From: Eledone cirrhosa
Lineage: Eukaryota
Assembly: GCA_964016885.1 (NCBI GenBank)
Contig: OZ024745.1
Coordinates: 117,924,001-117,988,000 of the forward strand
DNA length: 64,000 nt
Reading direction: 5' to 3'
Below, in pieces: positions 1 to 12,879 of the stretch. The notes below the pieces were generated by a model. It searched no databases. It worked only from the letters and a program-made list of their open reading frames with translations, and was not told where the DNA came from. Each line of letters begins with the position of its first letter. The stretch's first letter is position 1. A program made the translations under genes and the position numbers.

Positions 1-1090
1 AATTACGGGACCCTACCACAAGACAGATACCACTCAGTGCACATTTAGACATATGTGCAAACAATAAGACACACAAATTCCAAGTCTCCCCATTTTATCT
101 TTGCGCTGACAATACAACAGAACAAATACGAATAAATAAGGAAAATATGTTTATTCAAAAATATAGACCAGCATTAAATATAGTTTAATATACATTATGT
201 TAACACCATAACATGCTAACCATCCAAACAGACAGACAGACAGACACACACACACACACACAACACCCTCTTCTATATTCGAAAATAAAAACTAGAGCTA
301 AATAGACTTCAACATACGTTAATATTTTAACACCTTAACATGCTAACCATACCCCCCCCACACACATATAACACCCAAACACACATAACTCCCTTCTCCA
401 TTTCTACTAATGGAATCATCCCCCCCCCCCACACACATCTGTACACAGATAAAAATATATATAGCCTGTCGCCACCACTATCGATACAAGCATTTAATTT
501 ATTCCAATAGTAAGTCTGAATTTTGACACCTCAGCACATCAGCCATACTTACTGCACCAGAACGATTTCTCCCTATCCCTTTTCTTGACCATTATCTTTT
601 GTTTGGCACAAAACTCTCCCATAACCAATCAAATTACATTTATAAAAAAACAAACATTTTGAGCCACTTTTTTAAGTGAAAATGACAATAAAGAACCCCC
701 AAACGCGAACTTGCGCGAAAGTTGATTTGCTTATTCACGTGACTGTCATCAACCAACCAAATTTCACTTATATATGAAAAAACAATTTGAGCCACTTTTT
801 TTAAAGGCAAATACAATAAGAACTTTGTAACGCGAACTGACGCGTAATTTATTATACTTATTCACGTGACAATCATCAGCCAACCAAATTACTTTTTAAA
901 AAAACCTAGCAATACGAGCCATTTTTTCCCACATAAAACAGAAGTAACTTTCGAACACCAACCAGATGCGAGAAAAACCACAAACTCTCCATTTCAATTC
1001 TACTTTTGAAAAGCATAAGAACTGTGAAACAGGTAAAGGAAACAAATAAATATTCTTAAAAAGACTCCAGTTGCATTTTCGATTTCTTTT

Positions 1091-1093
<3 letters not shown>
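1..1093 (+). mobile_element. Penelope-like element (Neptune-type), 3' end: GIY-YIG C-terminus plus 3' UTR/pLTR
   Basis: 3..188 translates LRDPTTRQIPLSAHLDICANNKTHKFQVSPFYLCADNTTEQIRINKENMFIQKYRPALNIV*, nearly identical to the end of ORF 62284..63045(-). The UTR matches the reverse complement of ~61060-62280. The element ends in (TA)n. Confidence 0.88.
1003..1038 (+). ncRNA. Minimal hammerhead ribozyme, U3-A8 core, degenerate copy
   Basis: ctt TTGAAAA gcat aagaa ctgt GAAA cagg TA aag; a mutated version of the intact fold at 61134-61169(-). Confidence 0.55.
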
Positions 1094-1147
<54 letters not shown>

Positions 1148-1150
<3 letters not shown>

Positions 1151-1919
1151 CGTTTCTGAATTTGTTTAGCAAGATTCTTTATCTGAAATCGTGTGTTGAA
1201 ACCGATATTGTTATACTTTGGGAGGGTCATGTTACCAATAAGAAACACACGCACCAGCTGCTTTCACTTCAATTTATTATATATTTATAAATTTATAAAT
1301 TTACAAAGCTACAAACTTATAAATTTCTGGTTGGTTGGTTGGTTCCACAACACAGGGGTAGATTAGAGAACATAGAAATAAAAATAGAATCCACACACAG
1401 AAAAGATGCAATGTTTAGGCAATTACAGAGGCAGTAAGCATAAAAGAATTACAACCAAAATTAAATAGAAAATATGAGTGGAACAGCAACATCACAACTT
1501 ACAATTAAGGACAAAATGAAAACACACACACACATAGAACAAACAACCAACCAACAATAAATAAATAAATAAATAAACAAATAGATAAATGAACACAAAC
1601 ACACACAGACACCCGGATGTGGCGCATGCACAAACTGAGCACACAACACACACACAGAAACAAAATGGCGTAGGATAGAAGAAAGGAAAGGCACAGAAAC
1701 AAAGAAAGGAATCCCCAGTCACTGAAGAGGTCACAGAGTGTGTGACGAAAGGACTATGACTATATATAAACAACTATCTGGTTGTGGAACCAACCAACCA
1801 ACCAGAAATTTATAAGTTTGTAGATTTGTAAATTTATAAATTTATAAATATATAATAAATTGAAGTGAAAGCAACTGGTGCGTGTGTTTCTTATTGGCAA
1901 CATGACCCTCCCAAAGTAT

Positions 1920-1927
<8 letters not shown>
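1148..1927 (+). mobile_element. Non-coding Penelope pLTR-like fold-back element
   Basis: ~145-bp inverted arms (~1205-1350 and ~1780-1927), (TA)n on both sides, internal HHR. A second family member lies at 13697-14360(-). Confidence 0.75.
1717..1761 (+). ncRNA. Type I minimal hammerhead ribozyme
   Basis: agtca CTGAAGA g gtcaca gagtg tgtgac GAAA ggac TA tgact: stem I agtca/tgact, stem II gtcaca/tgtgac, one extra G after A9. Confidence 0.72.
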
Positions 1928-1959
<32 letters not shown>

Positions 1960-2186
1960 TAATAGTGTGTTGTTAAATCTAGGTCTAAAATCTTTTAGGC
2001 ACACCTGACTTACAGGCCCTAGTAAACCAAGCTTCCAAATTTCTCTTTGCTTTGATGGGATATTCATATTAACACACTACATCGAGTTCTAATATGGTTA
2101 TAAATTCTACCGTAATTGAGTAGAATATTTTGTGTGGTAAACTAGGAGGAGACTGGCCGTTTTGAGGACATTGTGAGTACAATAAC

Positions 2187-2612
2187 ATTATGACCATTTT
2201 CCCGTTCCGCGGTGGCAAACCCCTCGTCTGGGATGCCACTTGCAGCGACACATTCTCCAGCCGCAACCTGGTGCAGTCTGCGACTAACCCAGGTTCTGCT
2301 GAGGAGGCCAAACGCTCCAAGTATCGGTCGCTCTCCGACAGGTTTGCGGTGGAGACGTCTGGTGTCCTTGGCCCAGGGCTACATCCCAACTCACCGCCAT
2401 AGGCGCTGAGCTGGTCAGTTGCAGGTGTGAGCCTCGCGAGATGGAATGGCTCTTCCAGAGCATCTCCCTTACCATGCTCCGGGGAAACGCCGTCTGCATT
2501 CTGTCCGCTGGGGCTGTGGGGCGGCCAGCACGTGGGACCCCATTTGCTCACTATACAGAGAGATGGGGGCGATGACAGTGGGAGTTCGACTCTTCCGTGT
2601 TCGGACACATTG
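2187..2612 (+). mobile_element. CRE-clade non-LTR retrotransposon, 3' fragment (restriction-like endonuclease)
   Basis: PFRGGKPLVWDATCSDTF...AEEAKRSKY...FAVETSGVLG and PREMEWLFQSISLTMLRGNA motifs; frameshifted. Confidence 0.8.
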
Positions 2613-2887
2613 CACCTATCAAGAGTGTATATTGATGTACACCACCTCTGTCAAGAACCACAAACGTAGATTGTAAAACCAACAGCTTATTTCGGCAAAC
2701 TTAAACTCCATTTCTTCAGTTACAGCCGTATTGCAATTCTTGTTCAAATTTTAAGCTGTTAAAAAAAATATTCCACTCTGATTTCATGGCTAAGGTTTCT
2801 GGCTTGGAATATGGCTTTATTGTTGATTCCATGTGTGTGATCGAAATGGATCGAAATCATTGGATATCGATCTAAAACCCTTTTGTA

Positions 2888-2945
2888 TACACACACACAC
2901 ACCGACACACGCACACACACACGCGCACGCGCACACACACACGCG

Positions 2946-3031
<86 letters not shown>

Positions 3032-3252
3032 GACACACACCGACACACACCGACACACGCACACACACGCACACACACGCACAGACACACACACCGACAC
3101 ACACACACACAGACACCGACACACACACCGACACACCCCGACACGCACAGACACACACCTCGACACACACACACAGACACCGACACACACACACACACAG
3201 ACACACACACCGACACACACACACACACAGACACACACACATCGACACACAC
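2888..3252. repeat. Compound (CA)n / CACACCGA microsatellite
   Basis: Direct inspection; explains the HT/CV-repeat ORFs. Confidence 0.97.
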
Positions 3253-3869
3253 GTGATATATAATAGTTTATTAGCATTAATTCCATATCATATGGCTGGA
3301 TTAGTTGAGCGTTAAATAAAATAATTTAGTATACTTACGTTATTTTGTAGAGAGTTACGTTACATTTAAGAGAGAAGGCTAGTCGTTGTTTAGTGTCAGG
3401 TCATGTGATTGCATGCTAAATTCCAATCACTCAGTCACATTTCAGCACGCTAGAACATTGATACAACCCTTTTCCAAAAATACAAACAACTTTCCCATGA
3501 ATCAGAGAGTACCTGCGTGGTAGACCGACCTGTTAGATATACCAGCCAAATTCCCTTGAAATCACATCCTACCATTTGAAGCAAACAGCGTATTGGATAA
3601 TGTAGTCCGTTATATTATAGTTACAGTAAAAAAAAATACAGATAAGTCTTATCGATCATGTCTAACTTGAAATTAATCCCAGCACCACCACAAAAATAAT
3701 AAAAGTTGTCAATTTAGTTGTAGTGATATTAGTTTAGCTGTTATCAAATATCAACCAAGATATAAAATACTTCGATATGCGATAAACATAACATGTACAT
3801 AAATAGTAGGGAATATACAAATAGATGTGTGTTTTGGTAGTTTGGGGAGAAAAAAATATAATTATTGGA

Positions 3870-4520
3870 GGACCCCGGTTCCATCGCCCCTGAAAACGAT
3901 AGTCCGGAGACCGAGGACACCGGAAGTCTCGACGGCAATCGACACGAAAAGGATGCAGTGAGTCAAGTGACGGTATTTAGATAGCTTTCGCTCATCTACG
4001 TTACAAGTTTGTGGCCAAAACGATAAGGCAGCTAAGTCCACCTGTTGCTCTTTTCCTATGACATTATAAGATGTCCCGAAAACCAAGCAGATCCATTATA
4101 TTTTACCATGACCACAAGGATATGGTGCAAATGTGGAAGAGCCGAACTCTTACTATCATCGCCTCCATCTCTCTCGCCCTCCCCATCTCTGTGTGGTGAG
4201 CAAATGGGGTCCCACGTGCTGGCCGCCCCACAGCCCCGGCGGACAGAATGGAGAAGGCGTTTCTCCGGAGGATGGTAAGGGAGATGCGCTGGAAGAGCCA
4301 TTCCATCTCGCAAGGCTGGAGGCGAAGAACCTATCAAAACATGTGGTGTCTCCGATTAAAGATTTACTCCTTTCGATTAGGACAAAATGTTAACTCATCT
4401 GTGAGTTTATCATCACCAGGGACGAAGCCATTAGGCTCCAGATATCACGGAAAATGTCCACAGATGTCACAGATCTTCATAATGACGTCATTGACGATGG
4501 TGTGCCCAAGAAACCGACCT
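3870..4520 (-). mobile_element. Decayed CRE-clade RLE region with a CRE 3' end nested inside
   Basis: HTIVNDVI..LEPNG (4520-4390), SKSLIGDTTCFD (~4370-4330) and SKYRHL..AVETSGVLG (3985-3870), interrupted by MEWLFQRISLTILRRNA plus 3' UTR (~4130-4325) matching 2430-2600. Confidence 0.7.
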
Positions 4521-4634
4521 GTATAGTATATCTACTAAGCTTAAGTATCACCTTAGGGGCTCCCTCTATCAAGCATTTATTCCTTTCACTGCGAGGTCTA
4601 TAAATTAATTATACCGCCATTAATTGTATTTTAT

Positions 4635-5046
4635 ACACACACATACATGTACATACAATCGCATACATATATATATATACATACATACATACGTACATAT
4701 ATACATATATCCATACATATATACATATATCCATACATATATACATATACACACACGTATACATACATGATACATACTTCTATGCATACATACTTTCATG
4801 TATACATACGTTTATACGTACATAAATGCATACATATATAGATACAACATCCATGCATGCATACACACATACATACATACATACACGTATAAACATACAT
4901 ATACATCCACACATACATACATACACACACGCATATAAACATTCATATACATACATATAAACATACATACACACATGCATATAAACATTCATATACATAC
5001 ATATAAACATACATAGTGTCTTTCACTCACGCACATATATATGTAT

Positions 5047-5083
<37 letters not shown>

Positions 5084-5130
5084 ATGTCTTCTAAGCTAGT
5101 GGTGTGTGTGTGTGTGTGTGAGTGAGTGTG
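4635..5130. repeat. (TACA)n/(TA)n/(GT)n low-complexity tract
   Basis: Direct inspection. Confidence 0.95.
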
Positions 5131-5374
5131 TACATTATGCATATTAAAAAAAATCCATTAAATATTGAACAAAAAAAAAAAATGCAGAAAGAAACTAACG
5201 TAAGATCAAGGGAAACTATTCAGGTAAACATTTAGCGTTCATTGTATTTTTATTTCCTTTTGTAGTTAACTATTTTATCAGGGGAGATGACTCATCAAGC
5301 CACGAGTAATTAAATTGTATTATACTGAATTGTCAAAATATTATAGCGTTGGAAACAATATAACCCAGCGGATG

Positions 5375-5441
<67 letters not shown>

Positions 5442-6249
5442 CGGGATAACAGGTTATCGTTATGGCAGTCCACTTAGATGTAGTCCAGCTGGAGTATTTC
5501 TTGTAGTGGGTAGTATTAACGTGTGGCTTAGTTTGACTCAACAAGACGTTTCCATAGTGATGCTGCGAGTTCGCGGTGATTTCTATGTAGTTTATACTTG
5601 GAGTAATAATAATTCAAGAAAAAAGAGTGACATGGTTCGCTATACAATAAGGGCTTTATTCCCATTTTTACACCATGTGAATAAAGCCCTTATTGTATAG
5701 CGAACCATATCAATCTTCTTTCTTGAATTATATATATATATTTATATAGTATTAATTAATTAGTATTAATTATACTATTTATGGTTATGTAAATACAAGA
5801 ACCTTTTGCAGTTATATGTATTTTTTTATAGAAACCCTAAATAGTGGTAGGCAGTAATATATTACTACCTTATTACCAGTAAGTTAAGTAGCTCAATGTA
5901 AAAAAACATCAGATGATTTACAGAGCAGTTATATGAAATATAAGAATCAAAGAACTGTTCAAAACATTTTGAACAGTTCTTTGATTCTTATATTTCATAT
6001 ATTTATATATATACGCACATGATGATTTCATACGAATGAAACACTTCTAGTCCCGTAGAAGCTATTTCTGTATTAATTAATTATGTTTACACGCTGCTAA
6101 TACATTGAGTACCTTTTTAACTGTGGTTACCCCCCGATTTCACTCGGGACACATACACACTCACACGTATATATCTGTGTAAATATCTATCTATGCCCAG
6201 TTATATTTGAGAATGTCGTAGATGCAGAGTTCTCAGATACACCCACCAC

Positions 6250-8880
6250 TGGAGGTTCCCAGAGGGTCCAATTAGAAATACTCGTCCCCAAATGATACAT
6301 GAGACTAACTGGATGTTACCCAGCCACCATGTTCATGGTCTACCTGTGAGATTCCTACATGAGACAACAAGATGTTACCCAGCCATCCTGTTCGTGGTCT
6401 ACCTGTGAGATTCCTACATGAGACCAACAAGATGTTACCCAGCCATCCTGTTCGTGGTCTACCTGTGAGATTCCTACATGAGACCAACAAGATGTTACCC
6501 AGCCATCCTGTTCGTGGTCTACCTGTGAGATTCCTACATGAGACCAACAAGATGTTACCCAGCCATCTTGTTCGTGGTCTACCTGTGAGATTCCTACATG
6601 AGACCAACAAGATGTTACCCAGCCATCTTGTTCGTGGTCTACCTGTGAGATTCCTACATGAGACCAACAAGATGTTACCCAGCCACCATGTTCATGGTCT
6701 ACCTGTCTACCTGTGAGATTCCTACATGAGACCAACAAGATGTTACCCAGCCACCATGTTCATGGTCTACCTGTGAGATTCCTACATGAGACCAACAAGA
6801 TGTTACCCAGCCATCCTGTTCGTGGTCTACCTGTGAGATTCCTACATGAGACCAACAAGATGTTACCCAGCCACCATGTTCGTGGTCTACCTGCGAGATT
6901 CCTACATGAGACCAACAAGATGTTACCCAGCCACCATGTTCGTGGTCTACCTGTGAGATTCCTACATGAGACCAACAAGATGTTACCCAGCCATCCTGTT
7001 CGTGGTCTACCTGTGAGATTCCTACATGAGACCAACAAGATGTTACCCAGCCACCATGTTCGTGGTCTACCTGTGAGATTCCTACATGAGACCAACAAGA
7101 TGTTACCCAGCCATCCTGTTCGTGGTCTACCTGTGAGATTCCTACATGAGACCAACAAGATGTTACCCAGCCACCATGTTCGTGGTCTACCTGTGAGATT
7201 CCTACATGAGACCAACAAGATGTTACCCAGCCATCCTGTTCGTGGTCTACCTGTGAGATTCCTACATGAGACCAACAAGATGTTACCCAGCCATCCTGTT
7301 CGTGGTCTACCTGTGAGATTCCTACATGAGACCAACAAGATGTTACCCAGCCACCATGTTCATGGTCTACCTGTCTACCTGTGAGATTCCTACATGAGAC
7401 CAACAAGATGTTACCCAGCCACCATGTTCATGGTCTACCTGTGAGATTCCTACATGAGACCAACAAGATGTTACCCAGCCACCATGTTCATGGTCTACCT
7501 GTGAGATTCCTACATGAGACCAACAAGATGTTACCCAGCCATCCTGTTCGTGGTCTACCTGTGAGATTCCTACATGAGACCAACAAGATGTTACCCAGCC
7601 ACCATGTTCATGGTCTACCTGTCTACCTGTGAGATTCCTACATGAGACCAACAAGATGTTACCCAGCCACCATGTTCATGGTCTACCTGTGAGATTCCTA
7701 CATGAGACCAACAAGATGTTACCCAGCCATCCTGTTCGTGGTCTACCTGTGAGATTCCTACATGAGACCAACAAGATGTTACCCAGCCACCATGTTCATG
7801 GTCTACCTGTCTACCTGTGAGATTCCTACATGAGACCAACAAGATGTTACCCAGCCACCATGTTCATGGTCTACCTGTGAGATTCCTACATGAGACCAAC
7901 AAGATGTTACCCAGCCATCCTGTTCGTGGTATACCTGTGAGATTCCTACATGAGACCAACAAGATGTTACCCAGCCACCATGTTCATGGTCTACCTGTCT
8001 ACCTCTGAGATCCCTACATGAGACCAACAAGATGTTACCCAGCCTTCTTGTTCGTGGTCTACCTGTCTACCTGTGAGATTCCTACATGAGACCAACAAGA
8101 TGTTACCCAGCCATCCTGTTCGTGGTCTACCTGTGAGATTCCTACATGAGACCAACAAGATGTTACCCAGCCATCCTGTTCGTGGTCTACCTGTGAGATT
8201 CCTACATGAGACCAACAAGATGTTACCCAGCCATCCTGTTCGTGGTCTACCTGTGAGATTCCTACATGAGACCAACAAGATGTTACCCAGCCATCCTGTT
8301 CGTGGTCTACCTGTGAGATTCCTACATGAGACCAACAAGATGTTACCCAGCCACCATGTTCATGGTCTACCTGTGAGATTCCTACATGAGACCAACAAGA
8401 TGTTACCCAGCCATCCTGTTCGTGGTCTACCTCTGGGATACCTACCAGTTGGCTTTGTCACTAGAATCTATCCACCGATTTTTCTTAGACACTCTAATCC
8501 CATTTCCATAGTAACGAAACTGTAACCTCTCGCCGTAGTGTTACCTGGAGTGGTTTCCTCTTCTCCGAGTTACGCACCACATCGATTAAGGTTACTCTAA
8601 ATACCCTTCAAAGGAACTCCATTTCGGCCGCTTGCATTCCTTCGGTTAATATCCAAGATTCGTGGTTTTAGTAAAAGTAGTCACAAGCATAAAATGGAAA
8701 GTAGTCAGCTTGGCTTTTACACCGTCCTCCCTATTTCTGATAACCGGATGTTGCAGCTGGTGTGATATTGCGTCAGCTCCAGTAATTCTTGCATTTAATT
8801 CAGCCTTCTGTCATCTGTCACTTGTAAGAAAGGCCTCCAGATACTTGAATTCTCTACCTGCTTCAGTGTAACTCCATTCA
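6250..8880 (-). mobile_element. RTE-clade LINE 3' fragment containing an internal minisatellite
   Basis: Minus strand reads NGVTLKQVE.FKYL...ESWILT...MQAAEMEFL*RV...ERLQFRYYG...KPTGRYPRGRPRTGWLGNI, the RTE C-terminal motif; multiple stops and frameshifts. Confidence 0.8.
6311..8432. repeat. 60-bp tandem minisatellite, about 35 units
   Basis: Unit GATGTTACCCAGCCATCCTGTTCGTGGTCTACCTGTGAGATTCCTACATGAGACCAACAA; variants ccatcctgttcg / ccaccatgttca; six units carry an extra 8-bp GTCTACCT. Confidence 0.98.
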
Positions 8881-9728
8881 TATGCAGAGCGCACGGCGCA
8901 TGCGTTCTTGAAAGGGGGATGTCTTATTATTTGCAGCACTTATTTTTATTCGTCGTGCCACTTCTAATTACCTCCCTTTCAGGAGTCAAATATCACGATA
9001 TGCAAATGAGCGTCCCAAGCCGATGTTCCATACGTGAAATCTATATGGGTTTAAGCCTATTTTATTTCAGTAGCGAGTGAGTAAATATCACTGATGACAG
9101 ATAAAAATCCAGAAATAGCTATTTAGCATTCTCACAGCTACTGTGATAACTGTGGTGTGATTATAACTTGTATTAAAGAACTCATAGTGAGACTCTCGCA
9201 TGTTTATTATATATAAATATATATTGTATATGCTTTTATATACATCCCCAAGAAGTAAAATGAAAGAAGTACTGCGGTTGATATAATCGACTAAAAATTG
9301 AATTCGGTGCAATGACTAAAGTAATAAAAGAATACAAGAATATATGAGACAGATAATGATGTATAAGCCGAAATGTTTCATTTCTCCTTTGATTTCAAAT
9401 AAGATTTCATGTCTTATAAGATTTGTAATGAAACAATTTAATCCTGAAAGAAAACAAACAATACCTCCACCACAACAACCAATAACAAAGTCTCAATTAC
9501 ACTGTTTCTGGTCTACCACTTAAAGGTTCTACAACAGAGTAAATCGAGTGCAATCACAACGATAAAATAAAAGTTCTATAAGTTTAATTAGAGAGGACGA
9601 TCTCTTCTTCTCTTCCTCTATTCTATTCTTCTTCACGTGTCTACTTGAATGTCGGATGGCAGACATTGGTTGGAACTGCAAAGACATTCTGTATATATAT
9701 ATATATATATATACATAATCCCTTTCCC

Positions 9729-9809
<81 letters not shown>

Positions 9810-10305
9810 ACCCATCTATTCTCCTCTTCTTTCTTACCACCCCCATATATATATATAACAAAATATATAAAATCCAGTTAGACCATTACTCGGAGTAGAA
9901 GAGTGGGTAATATACGGGGTCCCGAATTTTTCATATATATTATAAAAACAGATTAAAGTTTAAACAAAGAATCGCTGCTTTCACCATTAACGGGATCTTT
10001 GCTTAACGGGGTCTTTGCTTAAAGATCTTTGCTTAAACTTTAAACTCTTCTTATAATAAATATTTGCTCTACGGGTTTATATATATATATATATAATGAA
10101 GAATTAGAAATAGAAGTTAGGATTATCCATCAATCAGTTGTCCACTAGGAATCATAGGTATTTCTTCGCATTACAGACAATATAGCTCCGCCTAGGGCGA
10201 TACAATAACTAAAATAAGTTATTGGGATAAAAAGAGTTGGGTGGAGAAATAGAAAGACATGTAAACAGACACGAATGGTGAGGCAACGTAAAAAGAGGAA
10301 AAAAA

Positions 10306-11470
10306 CCAGCCTCCGGAAGACATTGCCCACGGCGATGGGGCGTATGCCACCCTCTTTCTTCCTGAGAGCGGTGAGGCTAGCCGAAAAAAAGAGGCCTCGG
10401 GCGTGAGGGTCCAGGGTGCCGTGGATGAGCCTATTGGTGAGCGCCAAAATTGCACTCAGAAGGCGGCACCCGGCCTCAGCGGAGAGGGGGGGATTAGGAG
10501 CTCCTTGGGGTGGCCTGGTCGGAAACCTTCAACACCTCCGCTGCTGCTAACTGGGAAGGACTTGATGGCGGACATGATGTCTGCATCAGAAGTCACAAGG
10601 AGCAAGTGGGGGTCGGGTGGGGGTATGGGTCTGAGATCAGCGGGTGGCTCAGGGTGCTTGAGTCGCAGAGCAGCCAGGACCTCCTTGGTGGGTTGGAGGA
10701 CAGTGCCCTCTGAGGCAACCACTCTAACTGCGGCCGCGACATCACCCATGATTAATTTAGCATTTACGCGGTCGCGCAAATGCTTGGCGCTGGCCTTAGG
10801 GGCGGAGGATTGGGGGTACCCGAGGGTGGGTTGTGTGGCGTCCCTAGGCACGCTTGGAATGGGCGCTTGCCCAAAGGACGAAACATTGGCCTTGACGAAG
10901 GCTGCTGTCGACCTGCCGCCCCGGTCAGCGCCAGAGCTGGGGAGGCCGAGGGCGAGTGGGGCGAAATAAAAGAGTCGCTCCCAGTCGATGGCTTGATTGG
11001 ACTCCAGGGCACTCTCATTCGAGGAGGCGAGGGCATCGGCTACCGGCACTCGGGCCTATCTCGGGCCGCTCTCGGGATTCTGAGTGGGATCTTCCGGAGC
11101 CGCCTGAGCCGAGCGATGTTGACCAGCAAGGCTTGGGCGTCAGGCAAGCTCGCTGTCTCATCTGGTGGTGTGCCAGACGGCCGTGGCTGGGCAGACGAGG
11201 GGAAGAGGCAGTTCCTGCATCTCCACGCTGCGAGGGCACTGGAGGCTCGACGTGTCCAGCCAACACATGTGAGGTGGTGGAAGCAGCCGCACCCCGAACA
11301 GTTCCGGCCCTTCTTCCGTCTGTTAGTGGTGCTGCAGGTGTCGGCTTGAGGGGATGGGGGATGGGGCCAGGGGCCAGAGACTGGGGCACCGCGCGGCATC
11401 GGGGGTGAGTGGCTGGCATGTGTGTGGGTGGAAGGGAAAGTGCTTGTAAGAAGGTCTCATAGCTCACCTA
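10306..11470 (-). mobile_element. CRE-clade non-LTR retrotransposon 5' part: PHD-like finger plus RT N-terminus
   Basis: CSGCGCFHHLTCVG...WRCRNC; RIPRAAR; LRLKHP; SFPVSSSGG.EGFRPGH; LTALRKKEGGIRPIAVGNVFRRL. Frameshifted, GC-rich, truncated inside the RT. Confidence 0.85.
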
Positions 11471-11687
11471 CATCAGATATAGAGGCGTCAGGAGACAAGA
11501 GAGAAAAGAAGGGGTGCATGGAGGAGGACACACAAGAAGGTAGAACGTTAGCAAATGAATGAGTGAATGGATGAATGTACAAAAAACAAAACAAAAAAAA
11601 CAAAAAAAAACAAGAGGGGGGGGGCAGGGGGTTCAACTGATGACTTACAAAAGAGTTCGTATAATTGAAGCCGTGTGTTACTGTTCA

Positions 11688-11826
11688 GCATAGAGCTACG
11701 GCCCTCCACGCTCCGGGCCCAAATCTCGCCGAGGTCAACCCTGTCCTTTATTCCCACGGAGCCGACAAAACAAGGTACCAGCAATGCGCTGGGACAATCG
11801 CTGCCCCGTGCCAAGAACACAATAAT
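11688..11826 (+). mobile_element. SINE family A copy with heavy T>C substitution
   Basis: Colinear with the copies at 12536 and 58493, but with roughly 18-20 T>C changes counted by eye. Confidence 0.85.
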
Positions 11827-12535
11827 TACTATTATTATAGTTGTTGTTTTCTTGAGGCCTGAACGCTGGCGGTGGTGGTGGATGGTGGCAGTGATGGTGG
11901 TGGCAGTTGTTGTTGTTGTTCCTCTTGATGTTCATTTCATTCTGATGCTGCTGCTGAACATTTAAGGCTGTGAGTTTGTGTAATATTTCGCATGGGTAAA
12001 TCCACAGTAAAATCAGAAATTGCGAGTTTGTGTAAAGTAAATGGTACGACGGTTCAGTTATATTCAAATATTTTAAGCGCCTCCATTGAGAATATCGTTG
12101 AGTTGTATGCAAAAATGTAAACAAATATTTATATCCCAGACAGAAATGTTAATTTCCACTTCTATATACTCTTTGGAGGAGGGCATCTCGTCCTAGGATA
12201 GAGCTCCGTGAGATGGGTATTACACGTTGTGTCCCTCAGCAATGTCTTTAATATCTTGTCCGTGGAATTGGTAGAGTAGTGAGGAAATAGACTTTCTCTC
12301 AATTGATTTCTTTAAGGTTTCAGCAGTTATTTTACATGTTTATACCGAGAGATTTGTTATTTGTCATTGTTGTTGATATACTTGTTATTGCTTACTTTTA
12401 TAAAGTATCATTCCATATTTAATTATGGTCGGTATGTGTATGTTTATGTTTTGGATGTTGACGAAGACGTAATTGGGTTAACGAAGACGTTATTAAGTTA
12501 GTTAATGATTATTATGTTTCCAGCATAGTTTCCAG

Positions 12536-12674
12536 CATAGTTACGTCCCTTTACGATCCGAGTTCAAATCCCGCCGAGGTTGACTTTGTCTTTCATCCTT
12601 ACGGGGTCGATAAAATAAAGTACCAGTAATGCACTGGGATAATTGCTGGCCTTGTGCCTAAAGTAGAAACAATT
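12536..12674 (+). mobile_element. SINE family A (tRNA-like B-box GAGTTCAAATCC; core CCTTTCATCCTTACGGGGTCGATAAAATAAAGTACCAG), partial
   Basis: Matches more than ten other copies in the window. Confidence 0.9.
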
Positions 12675-12879
12675 ATGTTTCATCAATTCATGATTATGGC
12701 TACAATATAATTTATCAAAATATAATTTTTCTCTCTAGGATGTAACAGGATTAATATTTAAAAAGAAATATTTCTGACGTTGCTCACATTCAGACATTCA
12801 AGCAAAAAGAATATCGATAGAATATTATACCCATCAAAACACAAGATCATTAAAACGCCGAGGCATTTAATACTTCTTA

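Noticed and set aside
6311-8432. CRISPR-like array or repeat protein
   Set aside because: No unique spacers and no cas genes; the 8-bp insertions break the frames. It is a minisatellite.
9086-9150. HHR-like CTGATGA cagataaaaatcca GAAA tagcta TT
   Set aside because: Core and palindrome are present, but stems I and II do not pair properly; at best a decayed copy.
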